Positions 22,385-32,173 of a DNA stretch of 64,000 nucleotides are shown one piece after another (the stretch's first letter is position 1; each line of letters starts with the position of its first letter). Location of the stretch: contig CAVQUB010000027.1 of NCBI GenBank assembly GCA_963716725.1, positions 1-64,000 of the forward strand, read 5' to 3'. Source of the DNA: an uncultured delta proteobacterium. GTDB taxonomy: Bacteria; Myxococcota_A; Polyangia; Polyangiales; Polyangiaceae. The notes beneath the pieces were generated by a model. The model saw only the letters and a list, made by a program, of their open reading frames with translations, was not told the DNA's origin and ran no database searches. Position numbers and translations under genes: made by a program.

Positions 22385-24376
22385 ATGAAGCTTCGGAGCC
22401 TGGTTTCGCGCTCTTCCGGGACCCTGGCCGTCCTCGCGGCTGTCGCCTGCAGCGCCACCGGGAGCTCGAGCGGCGATGCCTCGCAGGGGCCGAGCACCAA
22501 GACGCTCCCCCAGGAGCAAGGCGTCTATCGCTACGTGCTCGGCGCGGACGCGGTCTCCAGCCGCAGCCTCACCGGCGGCGCGCACGAGGTACTCGTGCCG
22601 ATCGATCGCGAGAAGTCGGACCAGATCGACGACGCGAACAAGCCGAGCCGACTCCACCCCAAGCTCGGCGAGGCCGAATACCAGAAGTACGATCCCGCGC
22701 TCACCCAGGGCGAGACGGACTTCAAGGTCTTCCCCTCGAGCTGGTGGGCGCAGTCGAGTGATGGCATCGCCAAGCGTTGGACCGGCGGTGAGCAAGATCG
22801 CAACAAGCTGAGCGATCCTGAAAACCTCTCGCCCATCGAGAAGTACGACGTGCTCTTCCACCCGGGGCAGCAGAAGCAGGTCGCGGCCGTGGAGCACTGG
22901 AACGCCCGCGAGCTGAACAAATCCGAGGCCGAGCGCGGCGCGAAGCACCAACACCAAGCCGTCACTGTCGCCGGACCCGCTACCAAGTGGGAGCTCGAGA
23001 ACCACGGCCTGTACCAGACCTTCGCCCATCCTGACTCGTGGTGGGGACACTGCAATGGCTGGTCGTCGTACGCGACGCTCGAGCCGGAGCCGGCACCGGC
23101 CCGTGACATCCGCGTCAAGCTCGACGCCAGCGGCAAGATCTACGAGTGCGACGCCAGCGAAGCCAACTGCACGCTGCTGCGCATGGGTGACATCGAAGCC
23201 CTGTTCACCGAGCTGTATTTCAGCGACAAGGCGACCTTCGCGGGACGCCGCTGCAACACGGATCCCGACAAGATCGAGCGCGACGAGTTCGGTCGCCCGA
23301 AGCAGAGCGAGTGCCGCGACCTGAATCCCGGGTCATTCCACATTGGCGTCACTGGCCTGCTCGCGCGCGGCGCCTTCTATCTGAACGACAACCGCCCGGG
23401 CAAACCGCCCTTCGTCATCGACCACAACTGGGACTGGGAGGTCTGGAACTTCCCTCTGGTCAAATACGAGATCCGAGAACAGCAAGAGGTCAGCAAGGCC
23501 GACGCCGCCAAGCTCGTGGCAGCAGCAGCCCGCGACTACGCTTGGAACGACGCCGCCACCAAGTTCGTGCGCATCAAGCTCGAGTACTGGATGGTGTCGG
23601 ATGGTGTTCCCGACCACGAGATGCTGAAGAACGCCTACCTGCGCGGCACCTCGTCGCACGCGACCGTGCTCAACTACGTGCTCGAGCTCGACGACGCGGG
23701 GACCATCTTGGGCGGCGAGTGGATCCAAGACCCCTCGACGACTTGGGGCGAGGACAACAAGAAGTTGCACCCGGACTTCCTCTGGATGCCCGTGCGCAAC
23801 GACGGCGCCGGCGAGAACGCCGACGACCTCGGCGGCGACGACGACAATCCCTTCGTGTCGTACTCGAAGGTCAAGATGCTCGCGAAGTGCGCCAACGATC
23901 CGTCGACCTGCGCGAAGCCCGCCACGAATCCCGGCACGGGCGGCGCGGGCGGCACGGGTGGCAGCGGCGGTGGAGACTCCGATGGCGGCACGTCCACCGA
24001 CAGCGGCTCCACGGGTGGCCCCAACAGCTGCCTGAACATCTGCGGAAAGCAGGCTTCCAGCGGGTGCTGGTGCGACGCGACCTGCGCGCAGTACGGCGAC
24101 TGTTGCGCCGATGTCCAAGCAGCTTGCAGCGGCACGGCGGACGGGGGCGTCGGCGGCACGGGTGGCGCAGGCGGCACCGGCGGATCGAGCAGCGGCGGAG
24201 CGGGCGGAGCGGGCGGCTCCGGCAGCGGCACGGCGTTTCCAGGTTGCACGCCCACGCTCTGCGGCACGTCCACCGGCAGCAAGGACGTCGTCACCGGGAA
24301 GACCTGCTACTGCGACGCGACCTGCGCCAGCTACGGCGACTGCTGCTCCAACAAGGCCAGCGTCTGCGGCAACTGA
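22385..24376 (+). CDS. Transglutaminase-elicitor-like lipoprotein with two somatomedin-B-like domains
   Basis: Lipobox AVAC; SWW..DGIA.RW, LSPIEKYD, WWGHCNGWS, DLNPGSFH, EVWNFP, YVLELD..G.ILGGEW and HPDFLW motifs; two CxCDxxCxxYGDCC modules. Confidence 0.8.
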   Translation: MKLRSLVSRSSGTLAVLAAVACSATGSSSGDASQGPSTKTLPQEQGVYRYVLGADAVSSRSLTGGAHEVLVPIDREKSDQIDDANKPSRLHPKLGEAEYQKYDPALTQGETDFKVFPSSWWAQSSDGIAKRWTGGEQDRNKLSDPENLSPIEKYDVLFHPGQQKQVAAVEHWNARELNKSEAERGAKHQHQAVTVAGPATKWELENHGLYQTFAHPDSWWGHCNGWSSYATLEPEPAPARDIRVKLDASGKIYECDASEANCTLLRMGDIEALFTELYFSDKATFAGRRCNTDPDKIERDEFGRPKQSECRDLNPGSFHIGVTGLLARGAFYLNDNRPGKPPFVIDHNWDWEVWNFPLVKYEIREQQEVSKADAAKLVAAAARDYAWNDAATKFVRIKLEYWMVSDGVPDHEMLKNAYLRGTSSHATVLNYVLELDDAGTILGGEWIQDPSTTWGEDNKKLHPDFLWMPVRNDGAGENADDLGGDDDNPFVSYSKVKMLAKCANDPSTCAKPATNPGTGGAGGTGGSGGGDSDGGTSTDSGSTGGPNSCLNICGKQASSGCWCDATCAQYGDCCADVQAACSGTADGGVGGTGGAGGTGGSSSGGAGGAGGSGSGTAFPGCTPTLCGTSTGSKDVVTGKTCYCDATCASYGDCCSNKASVCGN

Positions 24377-24447
24377 ATGACGGTGCGGCTCCGGCAGCCC
24401 GGACGCACTTGCCCTGCCCCACCCTTCCGCGCTTTGCTCGCGGGACC

Positions 24448-25725
24448 ATGAGCCGCCTTCCGCCCGCCTCGTCGAAACGTGTTCTTGCCGACCTCCAGCA
24501 GCTGCGCACGCTGACCGAAGACGCGCGGGGGGCCCAGCGCGTCGCTTGGGGCCCGGTCTGGCGCAAGGCGCGCGAGTGGTTCGTGAAGAAGGCCGAGAAA
24601 GAGGCCGGCCTGCGCGTGAAGCGTGACGGAGCCGCCAACCTCTGGGCGAGCATGCCCGGCCGATCGAAGCAGAGCGTCCTGTTCGGCAGCCACCTCGACT
24701 CGGTGCCCGGTGGGGGTTGGCTCGACGGCTGTCTCGGAGTGATGGCCGGGCTCGAGGTCATGCGGCGCTACGCCGCCGCGGGCGAGCCGCCACCGGTGAC
24801 GCTTCACTTGGTGGATTGGGCCGACGAAGAGGGCGCGCGCTTCGGCCGCAGCCTGATGGGTTCCGCGGCCGCGGCGGGCACTCTCGATCCCAAGAAGGAG
24901 CTCGCTCACTTGGTCGATCGCGCCGGCCTAAAGCTGCCCGACGCCTTGAAGGAAAACGGCGTCACGCTCGAGGGCATGCGCAAGGCCGCGCGAGACTTCG
25001 AGGCGCTGCGAGCCGCCGCGTACCTCGAGCTGCACATCGAGCAAGGTCCCGTCCTCGAGTCCCTGAAGAAGCCCGTGGGCGTCGTGCTCGGCTCAATGGG
25101 CGTCGAGCGCTTCCAGCTGCGCTTCGTCGGACAGGCCGCCCACTCCGGCGCCGCGCCGCTGCACCTGCGCAAGGACGCCTTCTTGGCCGCTGCGTCCTTT
25201 GCCGTCGCGTGCAACGAGCTCGGCTGTGCGCTCAGTGGCAAGACACCGCGAACGCGCGTCGTCGCCACCTGCGGTGTGGTCAAGGTCGAGCCGAACTTCG
25301 TGACGGCAGTGCCTGGCGCCGCGGAGATCAGCATCGACATGCGCGCCCTCGACGCCAAGGTGCTCGCGCAAATGCTCGCGGGGGCCAAGCAGGCCGCGAA
25401 GATCGCCGCCAAGAAGTACCGCGTGGAGCTGAGCTTCGATCCGCTGCTCCGGATCACGCCGCGCATCTTCGACGAGACCCTGACGCGCTTCGTGCGGCAG
25501 TCGGTCAAAGAGGTCTCCGGCAGCGCCCCCGATCTGCCCTCGGGACCGCTCCACGACGCCTCCGAGATGGCGGGCATCGTGCCGACGGCCATGGTCTTCG
25601 CCCAATCGTCGCCGGGCATCTCGCACACCCGCATCGAAGACTCGCCGAAGGCCGCTCTCGACCAGTCCATCCGCGCGTTCTTGGGAGCGGTCGATCGCAC
25701 CGTGCAGCACGTGGCGGGAGCCTGA
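24448..25725 (+). CDS. Zn-dependent M20 amidohydrolase (N-carbamoyl-L-amino acid/allantoate type)
   Basis: GSHLDSVP.GG.LDG, DEEGARF, ELHIEQGPVLE and HDA motifs. Confidence 0.9.
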   Translation: MSRLPPASSKRVLADLQQLRTLTEDARGAQRVAWGPVWRKAREWFVKKAEKEAGLRVKRDGAANLWASMPGRSKQSVLFGSHLDSVPGGGWLDGCLGVMAGLEVMRRYAAAGEPPPVTLHLVDWADEEGARFGRSLMGSAAAAGTLDPKKELAHLVDRAGLKLPDALKENGVTLEGMRKAARDFEALRAAAYLELHIEQGPVLESLKKPVGVVLGSMGVERFQLRFVGQAAHSGAAPLHLRKDAFLAAASFAVACNELGCALSGKTPRTRVVATCGVVKVEPNFVTAVPGAAEISIDMRALDAKVLAQMLAGAKQAAKIAAKKYRVELSFDPLLRITPRIFDETLTRFVRQSVKEVSGSAPDLPSGPLHDASEMAGIVPTAMVFAQSSPGISHTRIEDSPKAALDQSIRAFLGAVDRTVQHVAGA

Positions 25726-25727
25726 TC

Positions 25728-26705
25728 TCAGGCCAGCATGCAAACGCCGTGCTTCGGATCCTTGGTGCCGATCTCGAGCGCGGCGGCGTTGCTGGTCGCC
25801 TGAACTCGGGGCCCGCTCTTGGGCTCCAGCACCAGCAACGCCCAGGCGATCTTCGAGTTCAGGCAGTAGGTCATTTCGCCGTTCGGGTTCTCGTAGTGCA
25901 GGCCGACCATCTCGTCGGTGTCCGCCGCAAGCTCACCGTGCACGCGGGCCTCGGCGTTCTCGGCTTCGAAGCGCCATGACCGCGTCGTGAGCACCCCGGT
26001 GTTTCGGAGCAGATTCCGCACGTCGTTGAACTGGTACTTCTTCCCGGCCTTCCAGACGCAGACCATCGTCAGCGGAGGCGCCAAGATGGGGCCGAGCTTC
26101 AGTCGACCCGTCGCGCCTTCGAGCACCAGGTCTTCCGCGTTCTCCCACTGGTTCACGTGACCCCAGGCGTAGAGCTCGGTGTGACGCTTGCCCCAGTTGT
26201 GGCCCTGCATGCCGCGCCAGTTCGTCACGCTGACTGCGCGACCGTTGACCCGATAGCTGCCCGAAAAGACCGTGTCAGGATAGGGCGTCACAACCTTCTG
26301 ACTCGGCAGCGGCCCCTGGTACATCCTCGGCGACGGGTAGTGCACCATGGGTTCGCCGCTGGCGTCGAACTCGAGATCCCACTCGATCCGATCCGAGCCC
26401 TGAGTGATCTGCCCGCGGCTGCGACCGGCGCCGATCTCCAGACCCGCGACGCGCACGTCGAGCCCCTCGCGTGAAAAGCTCGCCTCGCCAAAGGGCACGA
26501 CCGCTTTGCCGGCGACGTGTCCCGCCTCGCGGTCGAAGGCAATGCTCCAAGCTTCTGCCACCGGCTGGCGACCGTCCCCGGCGAGGATGGTGGCCTTGAG
26601 CCACAAGGCTCGCCGCCCGCCGGGCTCGTTCAGCTTTAGGAAGTAGCTCTCGACGTGATCGGCGCTCTTGCTCGGATCGAAGCGGACGGCATTCCAGTCG
26701 GCCAT
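25728..26705 (-). CDS. Hypothetical beta-rich protein, tocopherol-cyclase/AttH-like
   Basis: ESYFLK and GMQGHNWGKRH..YAWG motifs; coding-like codon bias. Confidence 0.55.
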   Translation of the reverse strand: MADWNAVRFDPSKSADHVESYFLKLNEPGGRRALWLKATILAGDGRQPVAEAWSIAFDREAGHVAGKAVVPFGEASFSREGLDVRVAGLEIGAGRSRGQITQGSDRIEWDLEFDASGEPMVHYPSPRMYQGPLPSQKVVTPYPDTVFSGSYRVNGRAVSVTNWRGMQGHNWGKRHTELYAWGHVNQWENAEDLVLEGATGRLKLGPILAPPLTMVCVWKAGKKYQFNDVRNLLRNTGVLTTRSWRFEAENAEARVHGELAADTDEMVGLHYENPNGEMTYCLNSKIAWALLVLEPKSGPRVQATSNAAALEIGTKDPKHGVCMLA

Positions 26706-26796
26706 GGCGCGGCCGAGCATGCGGGCATCGGCGCGCTGGTGCAACGGCGCTCCGCACTTGCGGCAAGGGCGGCCCGTCGCGCACAATCTCCGCGCG

Positions 26797-28134
26797 ATGT
26801 CCAAGCCCGACCGCTCCTCGCCCCGGGCGACCGAGAGCGCGCCTCGTGAGCCCAAGGCGCCGTGGCGATCCTACAAGGAGAAGCTCGCGGTGCTGGCGCA
26901 GCGGCTGGTGGACGCGCAGCGGCCGATCCGCGTCCTCAACTCGATCAAGTGGCCGGCGGAAGTGATGAGCGGATTTCTCCAGGATGGCGGCCGCGAGTTG
27001 CCCAAAGTGCGCGCGGACGACTACCGGAAGATCCCCCTTGGCTTCGAGCCCCGCGAGAAACTCGATGAGCTGCTGGACATCGAGCACGACGTGGACCGCC
27101 AGCTAGGCTCGCGCGACGCCATGGGGCGCATCCTGTCGGACTCGGCCCGAGAATACGCCGAGGTGATCGAGATGCTCGTGGCCAGAGGCACGCCGCGCTT
27201 CGCCGAGCTCAGCCGTCGGCTCTACGGCTCGGCCCGAGACGTGGTCGGCGACGAGGGTCGAAGCGTCGCCGAGCTCGCCCGCGAGATGTACGAGTTGCTG
27301 ACCAACTTGGACGAAACCGACCTGGGGCCGCGACCGGAGCGCAACATCCCAGCGAGCGACGCCGTCGACCGACTGAACACGCGCTTGGTCGCCTACTTTG
27401 GCGACGGGACCGTACGCGTGCGCCTCGACGACGGCATCGTGGCCGACGCCGCGGCCGGCAGCGACTACATCAAGCTGCGCGACGGCGCGCTCTTCAGCGA
27501 GCGCGACATCCAGGTGTTGGAGGTGCACGAGGGCTGGGCTCACGTGGCCACGAGCTTGAACGGTCAGCGGCAACCCGTCGCCCGTTGGCTGGCCAAGGGT
27601 CCGCCACGGACCGCGGCGACCCAAGAGGGTCTCGCTGCGTTGCTCGAGGTCTTGACCTTGTCGAGCCATCCCTCCCGCGCCCGGCGCTTGAACGACCGCG
27701 TGTTGGCCGTCGACAAGGCCGAAGACGGCGCCAGCTTCCTCGACGTATTCGAGTGGTTTCGCACCGAGGGCTACGACGAAGAAACCTGCTTCTGGAACAC
27801 CCAGCGGGTCTTCCGCGGCGGCACCCTGGGGGGCGGCTCGCCCTTCACCAAGGACATCGTCTACACCAAGGGCATCGTCGAGAATTACGACTTCTTGCGC
27901 TCATCCATCGCGTCCGCACGCCCGGCGCTCATCCCCTGGCTCTTCGCAGGCAAGGTCCACCTCGACGACATCCCGGTGCTCGCGGAGCGCGCCCACGAAG
28001 GCGTGGTGCAAGCGCCGAAGTACCTGCCGCCGATGTTCCGCGACATGAACGGGATCGCGATCTGGCTCGGCATCAGCACCTTTTGGGGTCGCCTGGTGGT
28101 CGGCTCGCCGAAGCGCACGCTCACTTCACCGTGA
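26797..28134 (+). CDS. QEGLA-motif (DUF1704) metallo-carboxypeptidase-like protein
   Basis: VHEGWAH (HExxxH), TQEGLA, RVFRGG and FTKDIVY motifs. Confidence 0.88.
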   Translation: MSKPDRSSPRATESAPREPKAPWRSYKEKLAVLAQRLVDAQRPIRVLNSIKWPAEVMSGFLQDGGRELPKVRADDYRKIPLGFEPREKLDELLDIEHDVDRQLGSRDAMGRILSDSAREYAEVIEMLVARGTPRFAELSRRLYGSARDVVGDEGRSVAELAREMYELLTNLDETDLGPRPERNIPASDAVDRLNTRLVAYFGDGTVRVRLDDGIVADAAAGSDYIKLRDGALFSERDIQVLEVHEGWAHVATSLNGQRQPVARWLAKGPPRTAATQEGLAALLEVLTLSSHPSRARRLNDRVLAVDKAEDGASFLDVFEWFRTEGYDEETCFWNTQRVFRGGTLGGGSPFTKDIVYTKGIVENYDFLRSSIASARPALIPWLFAGKVHLDDIPVLAERAHEGVVQAPKYLPPMFRDMNGIAIWLGISTFWGRLVVGSPKRTLTSP

Positions 28135-28732
28135 GCTTTAGCGTGAGCGACGGAGCGCTGGGGCACTCCTCGTTCAACATCGCGGCGCGTGCCCTGAGCT
28201 CGATCACGGTGCCGGACTTCACGCTGGCGTCCACCTTGCCCTGAGCCGCCACCTCGTAGCTGGAGCAGCCGAAGATGCCGTAGAACCAGTCGGTGCCCGA
28301 GAGGGACACTCCCGGGTGATCGGACTCGAACTTCACGCCCGGGTACCAGCCGAAGCCAACGCCGGCCACCTCGCGCAGGACGACCTTCAGATCGAAAGCC
28401 TCGCCGGCAGAGACGCTCCCGTCGCCGCCGCCGTCGGTGACGACCGGAGTGTCGATGGAGAGCACCGAGAGATCGGCGCAGGTCGGCTCCGTTCCCGATG
28501 GCCAGCCTTCACCCTTCAGGACACACTCTGCGCCGCCGGCCCCTCCCGTCGCGGCACCGGCCGCGCCGCCGCCTGAGGGCGCACCGGCCGCGCCGCCGCC
28601 TGAGGGCGCACCGGCCGCGCCGCCCATCGCGCTGCTGCCCCCGGAGCCGGGGTCGAAGGCGTCCGCCTCCGTCTCGCCCCCGCAGCCCACCAAGACCGTC
28701 ATCAAGCTCGGGATCACGAAGCTTCGAAGCAT
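28121..28732 (-). CDS. Lipoprotein with Gly/Ala linker, hypothetical
   Basis: GGAGG RBS, LVGC lipobox, 27-bp tandem repeat encoding GGGAAGAPS. Confidence 0.7.
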   Translation of the reverse strand: MLRSFVIPSLMTVLVGCGGETEADAFDPGSGGSSAMGGAAGAPSGGGAAGAPSGGGAAGAATGGAGGAECVLKGEGWPSGTEPTCADLSVLSIDTPVVTDGGGDGSVSAGEAFDLKVVLREVAGVGFGWYPGVKFESDHPGVSLSGTDWFYGIFGCSSYEVAAQGKVDASVKSGTVIELRARAAMLNEECPSAPSLTLKLTVK

Positions 28733-28850
28733 GTTTCCTCCAAAGCGGCAGTCTGAGCGCGAGCCCGTGTTCGGTCCATTTGAATGATCCGAAGGCAACG
28801 TTGCGGTGGCGGCAATGAATGAGTGCGCCGGATCGGCTACACTCCGCCGC

Positions 28851-31133
28851 ATGCGGGCGAATCGCAGGATGATGTGGGTCTGGGGTGCGCTCGTGGCCAG
28901 CGCCATAGCCGGCGCGTGCAGCGGTGACGAGGGCGGCACGGCGGGCAACGGCGGCACGGGCGCGAGCAGCGGCACGGGCGCGGGCAGCGGCACGGGCGCG
29001 AGCAGCGGCACGGGCGCATCGAGTGGGACCGGCGGCCTCCAGCTCGACGTGAACAACGGCGACACCAGCAGCTCGGCCTCGATCAAACCGGAGAACCCGG
29101 TGCTGGTCGCAAAGTGCGGGCAGCCGGCGCCGACGGTGCAGCTCGACGCCTACGACGGCGGCACGAAGACTGGCGCGCTCTGGCTGGTGGACAAAGCCGA
29201 GATCGGAACCATCGACAAGAATGGGCTCTTCACCGCGTCGGGCAAGACGGGCGGTCAAGCGACGGTAGAGGCGACGGTCGGGACGCACAAGGTGACGACG
29301 ACCGTCACGGTCAAGCTCGAGTGCGAGCAGAACGGCGGCATCGAGAGCGACGGCGGCACCACCGGCGGCGGGATCGGCGGCGTGGGCGGCGAGGGAGAAG
29401 GCGGCGCCATCGACGCGACCCTCAAAGCCCTCTTGCTGGGAACGCCGACGGCCGCCGCGAGCCTGAAGCTGCTCTACCCCTACGACAAGACCGTGTGGCC
29501 CCTGGGGCTCCTGTCGCCTCTCCTGCAGTGGGCAGCAGGCTCGATGGCCGTCGCCGACGGCGTCTACGTCCATCTGACCGCTGCCAACTACGACTACAAG
29601 GGCTTCTTCGGACGTCCCAAGCCGCTGGCTGCGGGCGCGCCCTTCGTTCGACATCCGATCCCGCAAGAGGTCTGGGATGCCGCGACGCACACCGCAGCGG
29701 GCAGCAAGCTCACGGTGAACGTCGTGGTCGCCCAGGGCGGCGTCGCGTACGGGCCGATGACCGAAACCTGGAGCGTCGCGAGCGGTCGCCTGAAGGGCAC
29801 GGTCTACTACCAGTCTTACGGCACCAAGCTCGCCAAGAACTACGGAGGAGCGAAGGGCGGAGATGGCATGTTCGGCGGCGCGACGCTCGCCATCAAGCCC
29901 GGAGCCACGGATCCGACGCTGGTCGCGGGCGGCAACGGCGGCACCTCGGCCTGCCGCGTCTGCCACACCGTCGCCAGCGGGGGCACGCGCATGATCGCGC
30001 AGCACGGCAACAACTACCAGGTCAGCTCGAGCTACGCCTTGACCGCCGGATACCCCGAGACCCCATACCCCGCGAGCACCAACACCAAGCTGGGCTGGAT
30101 CGGCCTCAGTCCCGACGGCTCGTTGGGGCTTGGCAACGCGGCGCCGCTGCCCGGCGGAGCCAACACGGGCGCAACCACCGCGCTCTACGACCTCACGAGC
30201 GGCAGCCCTATCGCGACCACGGGCCTATCGACCTTCGTCAGCCACGCCGGCATGCCGGCCTTCTCCCACGACACCAAGCGCGTCGCGTTCATGTTCTACA
30301 GCGGGCCCGGCGACGCCACCATCGGCGCGGGCGACGGCAAGAAGCTCGTGAGCATGAGCTTCGATGAGACGACCAAGGCCTTCTCGAACCCGAAGCTGGT
30401 CTACTCCGGAGCGCATCGGCCGGGCTGGCCGTCGTTCCTGCCGTCTGGGGAGGCCTTGGTGTTCCAGACCGAGGTGAAGGCCAACAGCTCGAACGAGTTC
30501 TTTGCGACGCGCTACGGCGCTCAGGGGGAACTGTGGTGGACCGACGCGGCCACGGGCACGGCGGCCCGGCTCGATCGCGCCAACGGCAAGGACAGTGGCG
30601 TCTCCTATCTCCCTGTGGGACCTGGCAACCACGCGGACGACACCTTGCTCAATTACGAACCCACCGTCGGTCCGGTCGCCTCCGGCGGCTACGCCTGGGT
30701 CGTGTTCCTGAGCCGTCGCATGTACGGCAACGTGGCGACCATCGATCCCTGGCACAGCGACCCGCGCGAGCACGACCTGTTCGCGAACATCACGACCAAG
30801 AAACTCTGGGTGGCCGCCATCGATCTGTCCGCGCCCGCAGGTTCGGATCCGAGCTTCCCGGCCTTCTACTTGCCGGGCCAGGAGTTGCTCGCCGGCAATG
30901 CGCGCGGCTATTGGGTGATGGACCCCTGCAAGGCAGATGGGTCCACTTGCTCGAGCGGCGACGAGTGCTGCGGCGGCTACTGCCAGCAGGATCCTCAGAC
31001 CGGCGCGCTGACCTGCGGGAAGAAGCAGAACCAGTGCAGCAAGGAGTTCGATAAGTGCGCGACCAGCGCCGATTGCTGCGACGCAAAGCTCAAATGCGTC
31101 AACGAGATCTGCACGCTCGTCGTGCCCCAGTGA
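28851..31133 (+). CDS. Large myxobacterial lipoprotein (Ig-like, TolB-like propeller, Cys-rich tail)
   Basis: AGAC lipobox, GTGASS repeats, CRVCH, WVVF.SRR.YGN, KKLWVAAID and DPSFPAFYLPGQEL motifs, ECCGGYC tail. Confidence 0.8.
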   Translation: MRANRRMMWVWGALVASAIAGACSGDEGGTAGNGGTGASSGTGAGSGTGASSGTGASSGTGGLQLDVNNGDTSSSASIKPENPVLVAKCGQPAPTVQLDAYDGGTKTGALWLVDKAEIGTIDKNGLFTASGKTGGQATVEATVGTHKVTTTVTVKLECEQNGGIESDGGTTGGGIGGVGGEGEGGAIDATLKALLLGTPTAAASLKLLYPYDKTVWPLGLLSPLLQWAAGSMAVADGVYVHLTAANYDYKGFFGRPKPLAAGAPFVRHPIPQEVWDAATHTAAGSKLTVNVVVAQGGVAYGPMTETWSVASGRLKGTVYYQSYGTKLAKNYGGAKGGDGMFGGATLAIKPGATDPTLVAGGNGGTSACRVCHTVASGGTRMIAQHGNNYQVSSSYALTAGYPETPYPASTNTKLGWIGLSPDGSLGLGNAAPLPGGANTGATTALYDLTSGSPIATTGLSTFVSHAGMPAFSHDTKRVAFMFYSGPGDATIGAGDGKKLVSMSFDETTKAFSNPKLVYSGAHRPGWPSFLPSGEALVFQTEVKANSSNEFFATRYGAQGELWWTDAATGTAARLDRANGKDSGVSYLPVGPGNHADDTLLNYEPTVGPVASGGYAWVVFLSRRMYGNVATIDPWHSDPREHDLFANITTKKLWVAAIDLSAPAGSDPSFPAFYLPGQELLAGNARGYWVMDPCKADGSTCSSGDECCGGYCQQDPQTGALTCGKKQNQCSKEFDKCATSADCCDAKLKCVNEICTLVVPQ

Positions 31134-31189
31134 CCGGCACAGTCGCCAGGATCTCGCCTTGTCTCGCCGCGGCCCGATAAGATCGGGTC

Positions 31190-32167
31190 ATGCAGCGCAG
31201 CTTCGTCGTGGTGGTGTGCGCGATCTCCGTGGGCGCCTGCAAGTCGGCGCCGTCGGCGACCCTCAGCGCGGCCTCGGAGAGCGCCGCCGCCAGCGCGGCC
31301 CCTCCGCCGCTGCCCACGCCAAGTGCTAGCGCGGCGGAGGAGCCGGTCCGCGCCGAGCCCGATCCCAAGCGCTACGGCTGGCTCGCGGACGATTCGGCGG
31401 GAGCGCCGCAGGCGGTCGATACGCTTCGTTCGCGATTCCCCACGCCCCCGAGCTACCGGCGGGTGAAGGTCGAGCCCGGTTCCTTCGGCGAGTGGTTGCG
31501 CGAGCTGCCCTTGGCGGCAGCGAAGACCGGCGTGTCGAACGTCAAGGGAGCCCTCGTGCACGCGGGCGACGACCAGTACCTCGCCGCCGTGGTGGCCATC
31601 GACTACGGCAAAATCGATCTGCAACAGAGCCCCGACGTCGTCATCCGCCTGCACGCGGAGTGGCTGTGGTCGCAGGGAGAAAAGGGCATCAGCTACCGAT
31701 CCGCGACGGGGCTCGAGATGCCGGTGTCGCGCTGGGCCCGGGGCGAACGCCTCCATACCCAGGGCGCCAACGTGATCTGGCTGGCCAAGGCGCGACCCGC
31801 TGAGTTGGATCACGCCGAGTTCCGCCAGTACCTGAACGGGGTCTTCACCTGGGCCAACAGCACCTCCCTCGCCCAGCAATCCGAGGTGGTCAGCGCAGAG
31901 CTGCTCGCGCCGGGAGACTTCTTCCTGCACACCGCCTCGCCAGGTCACGCCCTGATGGTCTTCGATGTCGCCAAGAAGGACGACGGCAAGGTCTTGGCCC
32001 TCCTGGGCCAGGGGCTGAATCCCTCCCAGAACATCCACCTTCTCCAGCCGGGTCGCGCGACGGCCTGGTTCAGCTTGCGACCCGGTGATCCCGTCATCAC
32101 GCCGCACACCAAAGAGTTCAGCTGGGACGGCCTCCGGCGGCTCAGTAGGCCAAAGCCGGCAGGCTGA
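31190..32167 (+). CDS. DUF4846-like lipoprotein
   Basis: RFPTPP.Y.R..SFGEWLR.LPL, DLQQ..D..IRLHAEWLW, ANSTSL and PGHA motifs. Confidence 0.7.
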   Translation: MQRSFVVVVCAISVGACKSAPSATLSAASESAAASAAPPPLPTPSASAAEEPVRAEPDPKRYGWLADDSAGAPQAVDTLRSRFPTPPSYRRVKVEPGSFGEWLRELPLAAAKTGVSNVKGALVHAGDDQYLAAVVAIDYGKIDLQQSPDVVIRLHAEWLWSQGEKGISYRSATGLEMPVSRWARGERLHTQGANVIWLAKARPAELDHAEFRQYLNGVFTWANSTSLAQQSEVVSAELLAPGDFFLHTASPGHALMVFDVAKKDDGKVLALLGQGLNPSQNIHLLQPGRATAWFSLRPGDPVITPHTKEFSWDGLRRLSRPKPAG

Positions 32168-32173
32168 CGCCGC

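Noticed and set aside
23311..25725. 804-aa ORF and similar long overlapping or antisense ORFs
   Set aside because: High-GC shadow frames rich in Arg/Pro; the recognisable protein starts at 24448
28551..29030. 27-bp and 18-bp tandem repeats as a CRISPR or regulatory array
   Set aside because: In-frame Gly/Ala/Ser linker coding with no spacers and no cas genes
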